A stretch of DNA of 60,961 nucleotides, the filler included, from Nemertoderma westbladi (Eukaryota; Animalia; Xenacoelomorpha), in NCBI GenBank assembly GCA_032718475.1. It is 2 parts of 2 records of this genome, joined end to end, with 100 filler letters (N's around TTAATTAATTAA, not from the genome) between each part and the next. Parts side by side here need not be neighbours in the genome. Positions count along the whole stretch, not along the records: positions 1 to 29,526 come from JAUCBJ010002769.1; 1 more part is not named here. The stretch is one strand, 5' to 3'. The notes under the pieces were generated by a model. That model was not told the origin of the DNA, did not search any database, and was given only the letters and a program-made list of their open reading frames with translations. Below are positions 1-19,728 of the stretch, piece after piece; positions within the stretch are counted from its first letter, which is position 1, and each line of letters begins with the position of its first letter. The translations under genes and the position numbers were made by a program.

Positions 1-1190
1 TAGACTTATTGGTGGACGGAGTGGTGAACAGGTCGTTGAACAAAGGGGTGGATGTATTGGTGGACGGAGTGGTGAACAGGTCGTTGAACAAAGGGCTGGA
101 TGTATTGGTGGACGGAGTTTTGAACAGGTCGGTGAAGAAAGGGGTAGACTTATTGATGGACGGAGTGGTGAACAGGTCGTTGAACAAAGGGGTGGATGTA
201 TTGGTGGACGGAGTGGTGAACAGGTCATTGAAGAAAGGGGTGGATGTATTGGTGGACAGAGTTGTGAACAGGTCATTGAAGAAAGGGGTGGATGTATTAG
301 TGGACGGAGTGGTGAACAGGTCGTTGAAGAAAGGGGTGGATTTATTGGTGGAAGGAGTGGTGAACAGGTCATTGAAGAAAGGGGTGGATGTATTGGTGGA
401 CAGAGTTGTGAACAGGTCATTGAAGAAAGGGGTGGATGTATTAGTGGACGGAGTGGTGAACAGGTCGTTGAAGAAAGGGTTGGATGTATTGGTGGACGGA
501 GTGGTGAACAGGTCGTTGAACAAAGGGGTGGATGTATTAGTGGACGGAGTGGTGAACAGGTCGTTGAACAAAGGGCTGGATGTATTGGTGGACGGAGTGG
601 TGAACAGGTCGTTGAACAAAGGGCTGGATGTATTGGTGGACGGAGTGGTGAACAGGTCGTTGAACAAAGGGCTGGATGTATTGGTGGACGGAGTTTTGAA
701 CAGGTCGGTGAAGAAAGGGGTGGACGTATTGGTGGACGGAGTGGTGAACAGGTCGTTGAACAAAGGGGTGGATGTATTGGTGGACGGAGTGGTGAACAGG
801 TCGTTGAACAAAGGGGTGGATGTATTGATGGACGGAGTGGTGAACAGGTCGTTGAACAAAGGGCTGGATGTATTGGTGGACGGAGTTTTGAACAGGTCGG
901 TGAAGAAAGGGGTAGACTTATTGATGGACGGAGTGGTGAACAGGTCGTTGAACAAAGGGGTGGATGTATTGGTGGACGGAGTGGTGAACAGGTCATTGAA
1001 GAAAGGGGTGGATGTATTGATGGACGGAGTGGTGAACAGGTCATTGAAGAAAGGGGTGGATGTATTGGTGGACGGAGTGGTGAACAGGTCGTTGAAGAAA
1101 GGGGTGGATGTATTGGTGGACGGAGTGGTGAACAGGTCGTTGAAGAAAGGGGTGGACGTATTGGTGAATGTAATGGTGAACAGGTCGGTG
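1..1190. repeat. 48-bp minisatellite, about 25 copies, runs off the window start
   Basis: Unit GGTGGACGGAGTGGTGAACAGGTCGTTGAA(C/G)AAAGGGGTGGATGTATT in tandem with point variants. It explains ORF 9..1208 (16-aa repeat VDGVVNRSLNKGVDVL). Confidence 0.95.
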
Positions 1191-1204
1191 ACCAAATTTG
1201 TAAA

Positions 1205-2166
1205 ATGATCAATAAACGGAGCTGTAAAAAACAGAAAAAACAGTATGTTAACTGGCTTAAGGTCAAATGGATGAGGTTTCAGAAAACAAATACTAACATC
1301 ATTCAGTTTAAATACAGCTTTATTGAGGATGAACCATTTAAAGTTGTTGAAATTAAACCAAAAGTTGAAACTAAAGTTGGAGACAGATGCAATCTACGTA
1401 GTAAAGGAAAGGGGAAAAAGCAAAATTTTAAAGGAAAATCTACAGGTAAAGAAGTTTATGCAGCAGGTAAGAATCTCCCATCTCTGTCTCTAGCTTTCAC
1501 TGGTCCCCGTAAGATTAGTCTAAAGAAAAAAAAAGATTTACTTGATATTTGCCAACAAGGTCTTATATCAAAAACAAACTGGGCATATTACGAAACACTG
1601 TCGGAATCTCAATTCGTGAATGATGATATCATAGTTGCGGGAAATGACGAAATTGAAAGTGATTAAACTTTATGTTGGTTTATCTTTAGATAATTCTGTT
1701 ATAAACAATACAACAACTATTGAAAAATAACAATAAATATTAAACAATAACAAAACATTTGTCTGTATAATTGTATATTACTGCTAATAATTCGGAGGGG
1801 GGGGGGGGGTGGGGGGGTGGGGGGCCTTTGCGAAACTTCATGGAAAAAAGTTTGTAAAATGTCCTATGTCGCATAAATATTTAAGTTGGTAAAACGTCTT
1901 ATAAAAAATATTGGTTATAAAATGTCCTATGTCGCATTAAAATATAAATTGGTAAAACGTCCTATGTTGCAAATTTGTCAAAAAGCCCTACAAGGAGACA
2001 GTTTATCTGTATTTCTGGTATCAGAAAACGATTCAACACCCTTTTAAAGTTAGAAAGAGAAATAAAACAGTGTAAATGTGCATTTTTGTTAAAATAGTAA
2101 ACAAAAAACGTGTTTACTCAGAACAACTTTTTTAGACTTAGGACGTTTTACCACCCGCCCCACGAT
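1205..2166 (+). mobile_element. 3' part of a DNA transposon (Sola1-like): transposase C-terminus (1205-1666) and terminal region
   Basis: ORF has VNWLKVKWMRF...FKY and KISLKKKKDLLDIC...YYETL, resembling C-termini of invertebrate DDE transposases. Subterminal repeats AAAA(T/C)GTCCTATGT(C/T)GCA at about 1856, 1919 and 1954 have an inverted copy GACTTAGGACGTTTTA at about 2136, just before CCACCCGCCCCACGAT. Superfamily is from recall only. Confidence 0.5.
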
Positions 2167-2445
2167 TTCGACTTCTTTCCCATTTAAATATAGAAGCCAT
2201 GTGCACACTGGAAGTAACTGAGTATTTAAATAGGATAAGTCAGTTCATCCTTCACATCCTATTCCAATGTGTCCTTAGGTCCTTATTGGATCACTATGGT
2301 ATGTCCCTGGGGCTGAGCATATCCTCACATCCCTTTCGAGCTCGTTATTAAACGAGTTATTTGTCTAATAATTTATATCAATCTATCGCGTGACTTATGT
2401 TGTCGTTTTGGGTAACGTTTCTCAATGTGAAACGGTCCGGATTTT

Positions 2446-4250
2446 TCATGGACAAGTTGAGGGTCCCAAATTAGAGTTTTTTTTAGCTTGTGGGGTACCG
2501 TGATCTGAACTACTGGTTGGTGGGGAACATTTCGAAGTTTCTACATCGTCTGGCGTATCCAGCTGTTCCGGTGTCCCAAGGTTGGGCGCCAGCTGGAGAG
2601 AGGTGTCACGATGAAGGTACCGCCTATTACGTGTAATTGTGCGACCTGACTGTGTCTGTAGGCCTACCATCAGTTTTCGATTGGGTCCGCATTCTACTAC
2701 CATACCCTTGCGGTCCCTGCGTTTGGTCCACTGGTTTTGAATTAGGACCGCGTCTCGAACTGATAATGAAACTGATTCACGGGCACCCGAATTGAAATTG
2801 GTGATCTGATCCGATTTGAGTTTTGAAGTCACCTGGTCTGCTGGTAATCACGAGTGAACGTTCTGTGGTGAGCCAGAATACGTGTCCACATGGGGTTGCT
2901 GTAAATTATCTCAACCGGGGAGACACCATTTTCCATCGGACTGTTTCTGAATTCCAGGAGACCCTCCTGGAAAGTTGTAGTATTGCAAGACACCCCCACC
3001 CCACTGTCTTTGTTAATAAAGTTGTGAGGGCCTGAACAGAGGCCTCGGCGTTTCCGTTCCCCTGAGGATACTCAGCAGAGTAAAGTATCAGTGTGACCCC
3101 CCAGTCCCGTAGGAAGTCCACTGTGGTCTTTGCAGTTAAGGGGGTCCTCCTGATACGTGTAGGGATACCGTATTGTATGAACCACTCAGGTAACAATGTA
3201 ATGGTTCGCAGAATGTGGGAGGACCTGCATAATGGTAAAGTTCGGGCCAACCACTATAACGTTCCGCCATGGCGAGGTAGTGATGCCCATCTAGCGAGAA
3301 AAAGTCCGCAGAGACGACTTCAAAGATCTGAGTGGAAATTCGGAGGGGGCTCTGCTGGGAAGGATTCTTTAGGCTGGGTGGCTTATTGCGTAGGCGGGGG
3401 GGGGGGGGGGGTAACTCCTACAGACATTCGAATGTTGTTTTGTCAGACTGGGCCAGTAGACACAAATGGTGCACCCGACATAAGGATTTGTCTACACCCT
3501 GGTGGTGTGTATGTAGTCGCCCCATGGTGTTTTTCTGAGCAGCTGCAGCAGCAACATCTGTTGCCCATATAATATTAATTCCCCATCTGTGGACAGTCTG
3601 TCTCGTATAGACCAGTACTGCCCTACAGCTGGGTTGTTACATGAGTTGAGCGAGAAACCATGTTGTATTGCCTCCCAAAGTGAGGTGTATTAGGATTCCT
3701 CCCGAGTTCCTCAAAGGCTGGATCCTCGATGTGGTCTTCCCCACTGATTCTAGTAATACCCCAGGGTAACAGTCTGGAGATAGAATGAGGTCTCCCCGTC
3801 ATCAACAAGGTCATCTGTTGTAGGCGGGTCTATGGGGTGATCTGGAAAGTGCTTCCAGTATAGTGTGGTCCTTTCCTCGACACCATGTTGTTGTGAACAG
3901 ATAAGGTGATAGCTTGGCCTTTAACTATTGAATGCCCTGATTCGATGTTTCCGATATTCTGGGTTTAATATACTGACTAATGGTTTGTTATTACCTGGAA
4001 GTGTGACAGTCCGATCAGGAAAATTCAACATTTCTGGATTGCAGGATTGGCCCAGACGTCGGCCAGGCGATCGAATTCTACTGTTGCAAACGAGACTCGG
4101 TGTCACTGTTCCCATTTAGTTTCTCTAAAACGGACTTGTGAAGTAAAAATAGGTTAAAGCCGTCGCCAGTGGCATTAAAACCGGCTGGAATATATTCGTA
4201 ACAATCACCACATCTGAAAAACCAAGCAGAATACTGTGAACCTTTCAATA
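2446..4250 (-). pseudogene. Decayed Gypsy (Mag-like) pol: RNase H to integrase remnants
   Basis: Fragmented frames: NNKPLVSILN (RNase H end), WFIQYGIPTRI...FLRDWGV...SAEYPQGNGNAEASVQ (integrase core), VLIQN...GMVVE...GRTITRNRRYL (integrase C-terminus). Many frameshifts. Confidence 0.8.
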
Positions 4251-4273
4251 CACTAAGGCCCGCGCTCCATTGG

Positions 4274-11576
<7,303 letters not shown>

Positions 11577-12529
11577 ATTTTTCCTAAATAATACATACAT
11601 ATAGTCAAGTAGACAGTGGTGACAACCGTTCTAATTGGGTATGACTGCAATTTTTTTTCCTGAAAGTGTTCACGTATATAAGACATTTGAAATTATTTCA
11701 TATTTAACATAGTCAGCATTGAGCATTTTTTTCTAGAACAATATTTAACTTAATGACAGATGTTTTGCATAGCAACAAGATTAAATTAACACGAAGAGGT
11801 ATTTAATTGACCTATGCAGACACTGTGCAATATAAATAACGAAAAACTAAGCTTGAAAATATAGAAATATAATTATTATATTTGCAATAATGGGTTACAA
11901 ATTTTGCAAATAATACATACATAGCGCGGAATGCACATTTTTGAGCACATCATTGAGGCTAATTAATGCACCGACATACCTCTCTGTCCTCAGTAATACC
12001 TGATGCCATATCAGCTCGCTAATACACTCTAGATATGTATCCTCAATAAGCGGCGGACGTATGAGTTTGAATGTAAATTCGTAGCCAACATATGGATGTA
12101 ATGGCGTTGCTACTACTACTACAACTTTTTGGTCGAGCGTGCTCGAACATTATGGCGCTGCATGATGAGTTTCTGCACAGATTTATTTCCTGATGTAGCA
12201 GTGTTCACCGAAACGGATTTTTGATGTTTATGTAGGGTGATGTTAGGTTTAATAAATGGACCATTTATGCATGTTTCCTGAATTCGGTGACATAATGGCA
12301 TTTACAGTAAGTAATTAGTATATTTATTAGTATATATATTAGTATTATTAGTATTAATATTTTATTATTATTATTATTAATATAATCTTATTAATATATT
12401 CTTATTAATATATTATTTAGTATTATTATTATTATTAGTATATATTTATTATTATTTAGATTATTTAATTTTGATGATATAATTATTAATTTACAAAAAA
12501 TAACACTTGCATTCATTCGCACTTTGCAA

Positions 12530-13060
12530 CTTGCAACATTCGCACACTTGCAATATAAATTACAAGGCACCTTTAGAGCCTGGAAACTACATCTTGCAGT
12601 AGAACGAGGTCTTTGGGAATTGCATCTAAAAGGATGCTGTTTGTAATATAGGCTCTGGGGCCATTGCTGGTACACCTGGATCTGGTTTAAGTTTGTTATC
12701 GGCCGACAACATCCAACCAAAGTTTGTTGATTCTAGTGGTGGCTGAATAATGTCCCCAGCTCAGCTCTCCATAACAATTATAACTGCAATCTCGCTCTTC
12801 TTATATGCTGACCTACTTTGCCAGTGTAAATGGTATAATGAGGCATTCCCATCGACCAGTTCCAAGTCTAGGTTCAGGAGTATCACAATAATGTGCAATG
12901 CAAAATAAAGACGAATTTTGGCCACTGCGCGCATGCATCCATTTTCATTTTCACTAGCAACATGCTCTCTGTCCTCAACAACATTATCATTAATATTAGG
13001 TTGCACATGTTCTTTACGAAGGGCCGTTAAGATATTCCTCTCTGCTGGTGATAAAAACAT
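12530..13060 (-). pseudogene. Academ protein C-terminus remnant (GW...P..AP motif plus Cys-rich zinc finger)
   Basis: Frame-broken translation ...PPLESTNFGWML...KLKP...PAMAPEPIL...RCNS...ARCS...LKVPCNLYCKC. Confidence 0.65.
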
Positions 13061-13858
13061 AAAAATATATTTATATTATATCATAATACTTAGCTCATGT
13101 ATCATATAAACCAGACATTATTTTATATTTTAGGAATACACAGTGCCGGTGGCTGCCATAAAAAACACCAGCTACGTCAATTTCTATAAATAATCACCAA
13201 AGTTTGTGTCTAATCCAAGTAAATTTACAAGACGCTACGCTATATACAGCTATACCATGTTGTTCTTTTATTTAATATTAATATTCTGTAGTTTTACTAG
13301 TTTTGTTTCACTAGCTAATTAAATCTACTAGCTAGCAAAATACATTAGCTACCTGAAATTACTCAGTTACGATTTCAATTACTCTGAAATCAATTTTTAG
13401 TGCCACTTCGATACTACTATCACTATTTCGGTACGGTACTACTTTGGTACTACTACCACACAATGTTAAAAAATGTATATCCTGTAGGCCTAAACTGTTA
13501 TACTGTAATATCATCAATATTTTAGGTCACGAATATATTCTGCAACAATTAATACCTGAAATGTCAATGTTATCACATTTTTGTATAATTTCAAAATATA
13601 CTAGCTAAACTAAAAATAGAACACTAGCTACCCTAATACATAATATCTACTAATGTTCTAGAACACTAACCAACACAAAAATCAAAAAAATTATTTTTAA
13701 AATTAAAAAATGCTAGTTAGTAAAAAAAATACTAGCTACCATAAAAAACATAATGTTCGAGAAAATACTCCAATACCAAGTAATGAAAGTCCCAGAGGGG
13801 TGCCGGTATCTTTTCACAAGAAATAATATTATTAGCGCAAATTAGTACAGGGCGAAGT

Positions 13859-14023
13859 TGTGGGGCGAGGATAATCCAACATAAAAAATCCTTGCACACA
13901 AATAATATAATATAATGTTACAAAAAATGACTGACTAACAGACCAACAGTGCAGTATAATTACTGAATTATCAGTACCGGTATATGTCAGTTGCTAAGAG
14001 GCGCATAAGTCTGTTAGATCCTT
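13859..14023 (-). repeat. 3' LTR lacking its first 13 nt
   Basis: Near-identical to 15976-16140 and fused directly to RT coding sequence. Confidence 0.9.
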
Positions 14024-15053
14024 AACAACAAGGCCGTTTGCAGCAAGCAGACGGAATACCTGGCGCAGGTGCTCAGCATGCTCCTCGGCTGTGCTGCTCA
14101 AGACGAGGATGTCGTCTAAGTAGACGAAAACGTAATCCATGCCTTGCAATATGCCATCCATCAGCCATTGGAATGCTTGTGCTGCATTCTTTAGGCCAAA
14201 GGGCATGCGTAAGAACTCATAGAGACCGAAAGGCGTGATGATGGCAGTCTTGGCAATATCATCAGCATGCATGGGGATATGGTGAAAACCCCGGACGAGG
14301 TCGATGACAGAGAAGAAACGCTTACCTGCAAGGTTATTGTTGAAATCCTTCAGGTGGGGAAGCAGGTAGCGGTCATCGATGGTAATGTCATTAAGGCGCC
14401 TGTAGTCACCGCATGGTCACCACCCACCACTGGGTTTCGGGGCGATGTGGAGAGGCGATGACCATGGCGAGGCAGAGCGGCGGACAATACCGAGGCGTTC
14501 CATCTCATCAAACTCCGCCTTGGCGATGGCCAATTTCTCACCATCGAGGCGACGTGCGTGCGCATGTACTGGTGGGCCCTCAGTGACAATGTGGTGCTCC
14601 ATGTTGTGCCTGACAGGGTCATCCAGCCGGAAACGTGGAATAAGTAGTTCTGGGAAATCATCCAGTATGGCCTCGAAACCGGAGCGGACAAGATGAAGTC
14701 CACTGACTTGAGTTGGGCGGGCCGCCTTGGCGGGGATTGGCCGGAGATGGTCAAGACTGAGGAGTTGGCGGCCAGCAAGGTCGATGGCTAGGCGATTAGT
14801 TATAAAAAAATCTGCACCGAGGATGGGCTGTATCACCTCTGCAATCCAGAAGCTCTGGACAAAAGTGCGGTTGTTTCCGAGTATGAGGGAGATATCCTGT
14901 TTGCCATATGTGCAGATAATTAAAACCATTTGCAGCAATGAGGTCCGCAGAGTGAGTACCATGGCAGTCATTGGTGGAGGCTGGGTAAACGCTCTCATCA
15001 GCACCAGAGTCAACAAGGAATGTGCAGCCAGATCGCCAGTCCCACACCGTCAT
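14024..15053 (-). pseudogene. pol: Frameshifted pol: protease and N-terminal RT
   Basis: FLVDSGAD (protease), PILGADF, SPWSSPLHIAPK, KTAIITPFGLYEFLRMPFGLKNAAQAFQ, VYLDDILV. RNase H and integrase absent. Confidence 0.92.
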
Positions 15054-15162
15054 GGCCCGCTCTTCATGGTGAGGGCGCTAGAGAGAGTCTTAGAAACATT
15101 CTCTGTAGGGAATGAAAGCGATGTGGAAAACGTGGGCGAGGGAGATGGGCCGACTGCTGCCA

Positions 15163-15933
15163 CTAGCGGCCGGCCAATGCGTTTCCCGAAGCCAGTTTGG
15201 GTGTTTTGGCTGGCAGTAGGTGGGCCATGGGACACCTGTCTCGGTCACAGTTGCGGGCCTTATCACCAAATCGGCTGTGGAAGTAGCAGAGGTTCTTCTG
15301 CATCTGCTGAGGTTGGCGGGTGGCAGCAGCGACAGAACCGGTGTTGAACTGACCAGCCTGCACAATCCGGTCAGCTTCCCTGGCCAGGTCGTCAAGGTCA
15401 GTTGTAGCTGTGGCAGCGAGGACACAACGGACATCAATGGGAAGTTGGGCTAAGAAAAGTGCGCGAAAAATCGTTTCCGGATCAGCATTAAGTCCCTTCA
15501 TGCGACGCAGCAGTGCAGAAGGCAGGCGGTCGCCTAGTCCATAAAGGTTGAGCAGTTCATTGTCCTTAACAGCCTGCATTTTACCAAACGCTTCGATTAG
15601 TGCAGTCTTCAGGGCATCGTAGCGCCCAATGGCGGGTGGGTTGAGGAGCAGTGCACGGACTTCGACTGCGGTCGAATTGTCAAGTGCAGAAACAACATGG
15701 TTGAACTTAGTCTGGTCAGCAGTGATGGCAGGCGCACGGGAGGCAAACTGGGCCTCAGCCTGCACAAACCATACCTCCCGGTCAGCTGTCCAGAAAACAG
15801 GCAGTTTTAGTGCAACGGCTGTGACATACGGTCCAGTAAGGCTTGAAGTACCTGCGCTGCTAGGAGGTACCCGGTTGGCGAGGGTTTTTGCGAGTGCGTC
15901 GAGTTGCTCCTCAGTAAGGACCGGTTGGGCCAT
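15163..15933 (-). CDS. gag: Gag of CsRN1-like Gypsy element
   Basis: VALKLPVFW...WFVQAEAQF...TKFNHVVSAL; CYFHSRFGDKARNC zinc knuckle; ends SGNALAGR over a GGGAAAC slippery-type heptamer at about 15180-15188. Confidence 0.9.
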   Translation of the reverse strand: MAQPVLTEEQLDALAKTLANRVPPSSAGTSSLTGPYVTAVALKLPVFWTADREVWFVQAEAQFASRAPAITADQTKFNHVVSALDNSTAVEVRALLLNPPAIGRYDALKTALIEAFGKMQAVKDNELLNLYGLGDRLPSALLRRMKGLNADPETIFRALFLAQLPIDVRCVLAATATTDLDDLAREADRIVQAGQFNTGSVAAATRQPQQMQKNLCYFHSRFGDKARNCDRDRCPMAHLLPAKTPKLASGNALAGR

Positions 15934-15975
15934 AGTGCGGTTGCGAAAAGTTCAGTTAGAGTCCGGGTCACCAAT

Positions 15976-16153
15976 TGTGGGGCGAGGATAATCCAACATA
16001 AAAAATCCTTGCACACAAATAATATAATATAATGTTACAAAAAATGACTGACTAACAGACCAACAGTGCAGTATAATTACTGAATTATCAGTACCGGTAT
16101 ATGTCAGTTGCTAAGAGGCGCAGAAGTCTGTTAGATCCTTTTGGGGCGCCACA
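15976..16153 (-). repeat. 5' LTR (178 bp) of the CsRN1-like element
   Basis: TGTGGCGCCCC...CCTCGCCCCACA on the minus strand, followed by the PBS. Confidence 0.93.
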
Positions 16154-16224
16154 AAGTAGTACCCACTTTTTAAACACTCACGTCATATTAAATGGTGGCA
16201 TAAAATAAGTAAAATACAATACCT

Positions 16225-16504
16225 GCAAAGGTGACGTAACAACTTCGTTGGTATCGGGCTCCCAAAATACTTAAGTCACCAAGCTCACCATCTCCTAAAT
16301 CCAAACGAATCCTCACTTACGCAGCCAATTCGCGTATCGCAGCAATCTGGTTTCGCAAATAGCCAGTAATTCCTTTCTAAGGTTGCCATCGCTGCATTTT
16401 ATCACACGTTTCCAACGTTTAGGATTTTTGGGATCTATCGCCTTACATTCCTCTCCGCAGATAAGGCAATCTCTCTCAAAATTAAATGGCTCTATAGATC
16501 GCAA
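16225..16504 (-). pseudogene. Academ protein N-terminus remnant
   Basis: FNFERDCLICGEEC...LLAICETR, then after a frameshift VRIRL...GDLSILGARYQRSCY (DL...A-YHxxC-like motif). Confidence 0.65.
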
Positions 16505-17831
16505 TTTTTTACAAAATTAAATGGCACTATAGATCGCAATATTTTAATTGTGTTAGTCGAAACTGGTAAGCAATCCCCGCCCCACCCCTCTTTAGGACCT
16601 TTTCATTGCCTAATGTAACCTATTACATTACTGCTATGTTTGCATAATTTACTACATAAACATAAATTCTAGAATGTTTAATGTTGTTGCTAACACAGTC
16701 TCTACATAGATTAACATTTTTTTGATAATTTTGTATGATTTTACCCTCCAAAGAAACGGCAATAAAAAAAATTGCTCAACCTTTCCCAAATGTATTGTTA
16801 TAATGTGGAACAACATCATGAGCAAATAAAACTGCAGTCATACGCTGGAGAACGGTTCGTCAGTAAAATGTACCAAGCGTCTACTCGACTAATATAACAA
16901 ATACATTACATAATTCACGAGTCTTTTGTCATATCATAATTCATGAGTCTTTTGTGGGGCGAGCCACGAAGTGAGTGAGCCTTAGCGTAGGGGTACCATT
17001 AATCAACCTGTCGTTCTGTCGTTCTGTCGCGTTTTTTTTCAGTATTTTATTTTAAACGTTAATAACTCGGCCAATCCTTGATGAAATCTATCCAAACTTG
17101 GTACACATGTTGTTTGGCAAAAGTTTGAAAATTTTCCAAGTAGAATTTGCGTGGGGCCTTCGTGCAGCATCAGTGTAACTGTTATTGCAGTTATAATAAA
17201 TTTATTTATCCAAATTTAAAATGCGTTAAATTATTATTACTGTAGGATAAATCAGCTGGGTTTCTGACAAATTTTGCAAAACATTGGGGCTGTCTGCATG
17301 TACCATGTGTACCGGTACTGTCAGGCTGTACTCAATCCCTGAATCGAGAATCCTGCAATCAGTCAATACTGCAATACTGGTCAGCCGGTACCATACACTG
17401 CAGACATGCCATATCATGTAATCTAATTAACCCCGGCAACCCTTGCGGTGATTAAAGTTTAGGCCTAATTAGCCCAGTACCGGCACCGGTAATAATAATA
17501 TAATAGTTTAGATAGTTACCGCTAATCATTCAGTCATTGCTGCATTGGCATGGTACACCGTATTGCTGTACTGCCGTTGTAGTGCGCACCGTAGCTACCA
17601 CCCATGGCCTACTACACACAGCAGCAGCAGCACAGGCCATGACAAGGACTTTGCTGTGAAATTAGCGTAGGCTGACTGTGCTGATAATCTGGGACCAGAT
17701 TATGGTACTGTGGTACAAGCTATATACTGTTAGGTATACTGCTGTATTGGGGTGGGGTTAAGAATAATCCATTTGTTTTAGCATTTAATCCCCTTATTAT
17801 TATTGCTTATTATTGCCCTTATTTATTACCA

Positions 17832-18330
17832 TTGGAAATATTCGCAAATGCCGCTCCATTACTGTCTGAAACGCTCCCGACAGTCCGATGTATCTGGACC
17901 CGAGCAGCCGAGTTGCTTCAAGAGGTGATTAATGGGGGAATACTACGGAATTGCTTGTTTGTCAGTACGATTCTATTTGGGTATTTACTACACTCAGACA
18001 CTGGGAATACGGCGGTCGGTCAGATCGTAATGCGGGCCACTGCCAAGTTCTGAAGTTCCTCATGCCTCACTCCGGTCACCCACCTTGGAATGCGGTGGGA
18101 AGAGTCCCACTTACTGACTTACGTCGACGACTGGACGAATCGACGAGAATTGCGATCTGGGTTTAGCGGCGGCCCGGATCCTGGTATCGCCTGGGGGAAA
18201 TGGTTGAACGTCGGGCATACTTGTATCGCACTGGATTACGTTCTCTGCGACGTGAAAGTGTGAAGCGAATTCGTTGTCGAATTGGGTCGAAAGCTGCGGG
18301 AATTCTACTGTTCTACGGGAGTAAACCGCA
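17832..18330 (+). pseudogene. Possible decayed C-terminus of an L1/Tx1-type non-LTR ORF2
   Basis: GC-richer island. ETLPTVRCIW...TILFG loosely resembles the post-RT zinc-finger region. Weak. Confidence 0.25.
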
Positions 18331-18627
18331 GCGGTCCGGTGACTACGGACGGATACTACTGGGATAAGCAGGTATTTCGATCGAGTTTCTCGTATTCTCG
18401 ATGCTCGACAGCTCGAGGCGGATAGAGAGTTGGTTGTTTTGGGCGGTCAGGCGGTTTTGTTCAATTCTATCAAACGTATTAAATAATTGGTAAAATAATA
18501 AAAACACACCAGATAAAGTTACTGAGCTTATGGTAAACAGATAGGCCGAACTTACAATTTCCAAATAGATTGTTCATATAATAAATATATTTTTGGTATT
18601 TGATTTCAAGATAGGGGGGGGGGGGGA

Positions 18628-18772
18628 CTGGACGCAATAAAAATTCATACCTCTCCAGGGGAAATTGGACGCAAATAACAACAGCTGATTACTCTCAAAA
18701 ATAAAACTGTAACCTGATCTATTGTGTTTACTTTATTGTTTTGGTTAAAATAATGTGCCACTGTAACCTGCT
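18628..18772 (+). repeat. Dispersed repeat with an inverted copy at about 42133-42273
   Basis: CTGGACGCAATAAAAATTCAT...CTCTCCAGGGGAAATTGGACGCAAATAA...GTAACCTGC matches the reverse complement of 42133-42273. Confidence 0.8.
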
Positions 18773-19728
18773 CCTTTCCCAAAATTGAGAAATTAATATT
18801 GAGGCGGGATATTATTTCGCCAAGATGGGATTTGCGTTCAGTCCCACCCCCCTCCTGTCTCTTGATTTTACTAAAAAATAGAATACATTGCATTTTACTG
18901 TTATAATTACTGTATTGAATAAAATAATTAATTTATTGTTTATTAAACCGTGCTAAGCACGTTGAACTGGAGCTCTAACAATTCCCCACTAGCGGCAGAC
19001 AGGAACTGTAAAAGTCTCTGTAGAATTTCTAATTAAGCAATGCTCTTAGGTAACTACTACTAAATTTCAGATGAATCTGATCGTTGGTTCTATAATTAAA
19101 GCTATTTTTACGTTTCTGTTAATTCGCCCCCTAGCGGCAGACAGGGGAACTGTAGAAGTCTGTCTGTGTGTAGAATTTCAAAATTTTTTATAGACTACAT
19201 GTGTACCAAGTTTGGTTCCATTTCATCCATGATTGACCGACTTATAAGCGTTCAAACATTCCTGCCACAAACATAGCCAGAGGCAGCCACAAACAAATAA
19301 AAGCTGCAGGAACTCTAGCGATAATTAATTAATTAATTATTAAATACTGTTTCAATTAAATTACGAAAATCTAGTCATCTTCTTTTAAATATGGACCCTG
19401 CATTCGTGGAAAATATAATATTTGATAATTCAGCAGTCAGCCTACGCTAATTTCACAGCAAAGTCCTTGTCATGGCCTCTGTGTAGTAGGCCATGGTACC
19501 ACCCTACTACCGGTACCGGCTGAGCGGTGGCAACTAGCACTTCAGCACTTGCACAGCAACAGCTCTACCGGCGATACACAGGTTGGAATTTATGTAGAGT
19601 TTGCTCAACAGTACAGATATAAAATAGTTATCTAAATTATCTATATTACTATTGACAAGTATTGAAATATATACCGTTATTCGTGTTATCAGTATTTGCA
19701 ACATCTGACATTGAAGAGGTGAGAGAAG

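Larger units (their letters stand above)
13859..16153 (-). mobile_element. CsRN1-clade Gypsy LTR retrotransposon, internally deleted
   Basis: 5' LTR 15976-16153 (TG...CA), 3' LTR remnant 13859-14023 with 1 mismatch in 165 bp. 4-bp TSD AAGT at 13855-13858 and 16154-16157. PBS TGGTGACCCGGAC resembles the tRNA-Trp 3' complement. Gag, protease and partial RT present. Confidence 0.93.
11602..16891 (-). mobile_element. Academ-superfamily DNA transposon, decayed, with nested LTR element
   Basis: Left end TAGTCAAGTAGAC...AACCGTTCT...GTATGACTGCA matches the reverse complement of the right end (TAGTCGAGTAGAC...AACCGTTCT...GTATGACTGCA). TAG...CTA termini and a 3-bp ATA duplication. Academ-like protein remnants inside. 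Confidence 0.75.
17602..19496. repeat. Inverted repeat pair (about 17602-17683 and 19431-19496), plus a second diverged pair (about 17065-17110 and 19196-19250)
   Basis: AGGCCATGACAAGGACTTTGCTGTGAAATTAGCGTAGGCTGACTG is reverse-complemented at 19434-19478. CCAAACTTGGTACACATG is reverse-complemented at about 19198. Probably non-autonomous DNA or Helentron-like elements. Confidence 0.7.

Noticed and set aside
1-1190. CRISPR-like regular array (also considered for 27838-28704 and 40349-41366)
   Set aside because: Head-to-tail repeats with no unique spacers, no cas genes, and a eukaryotic context.
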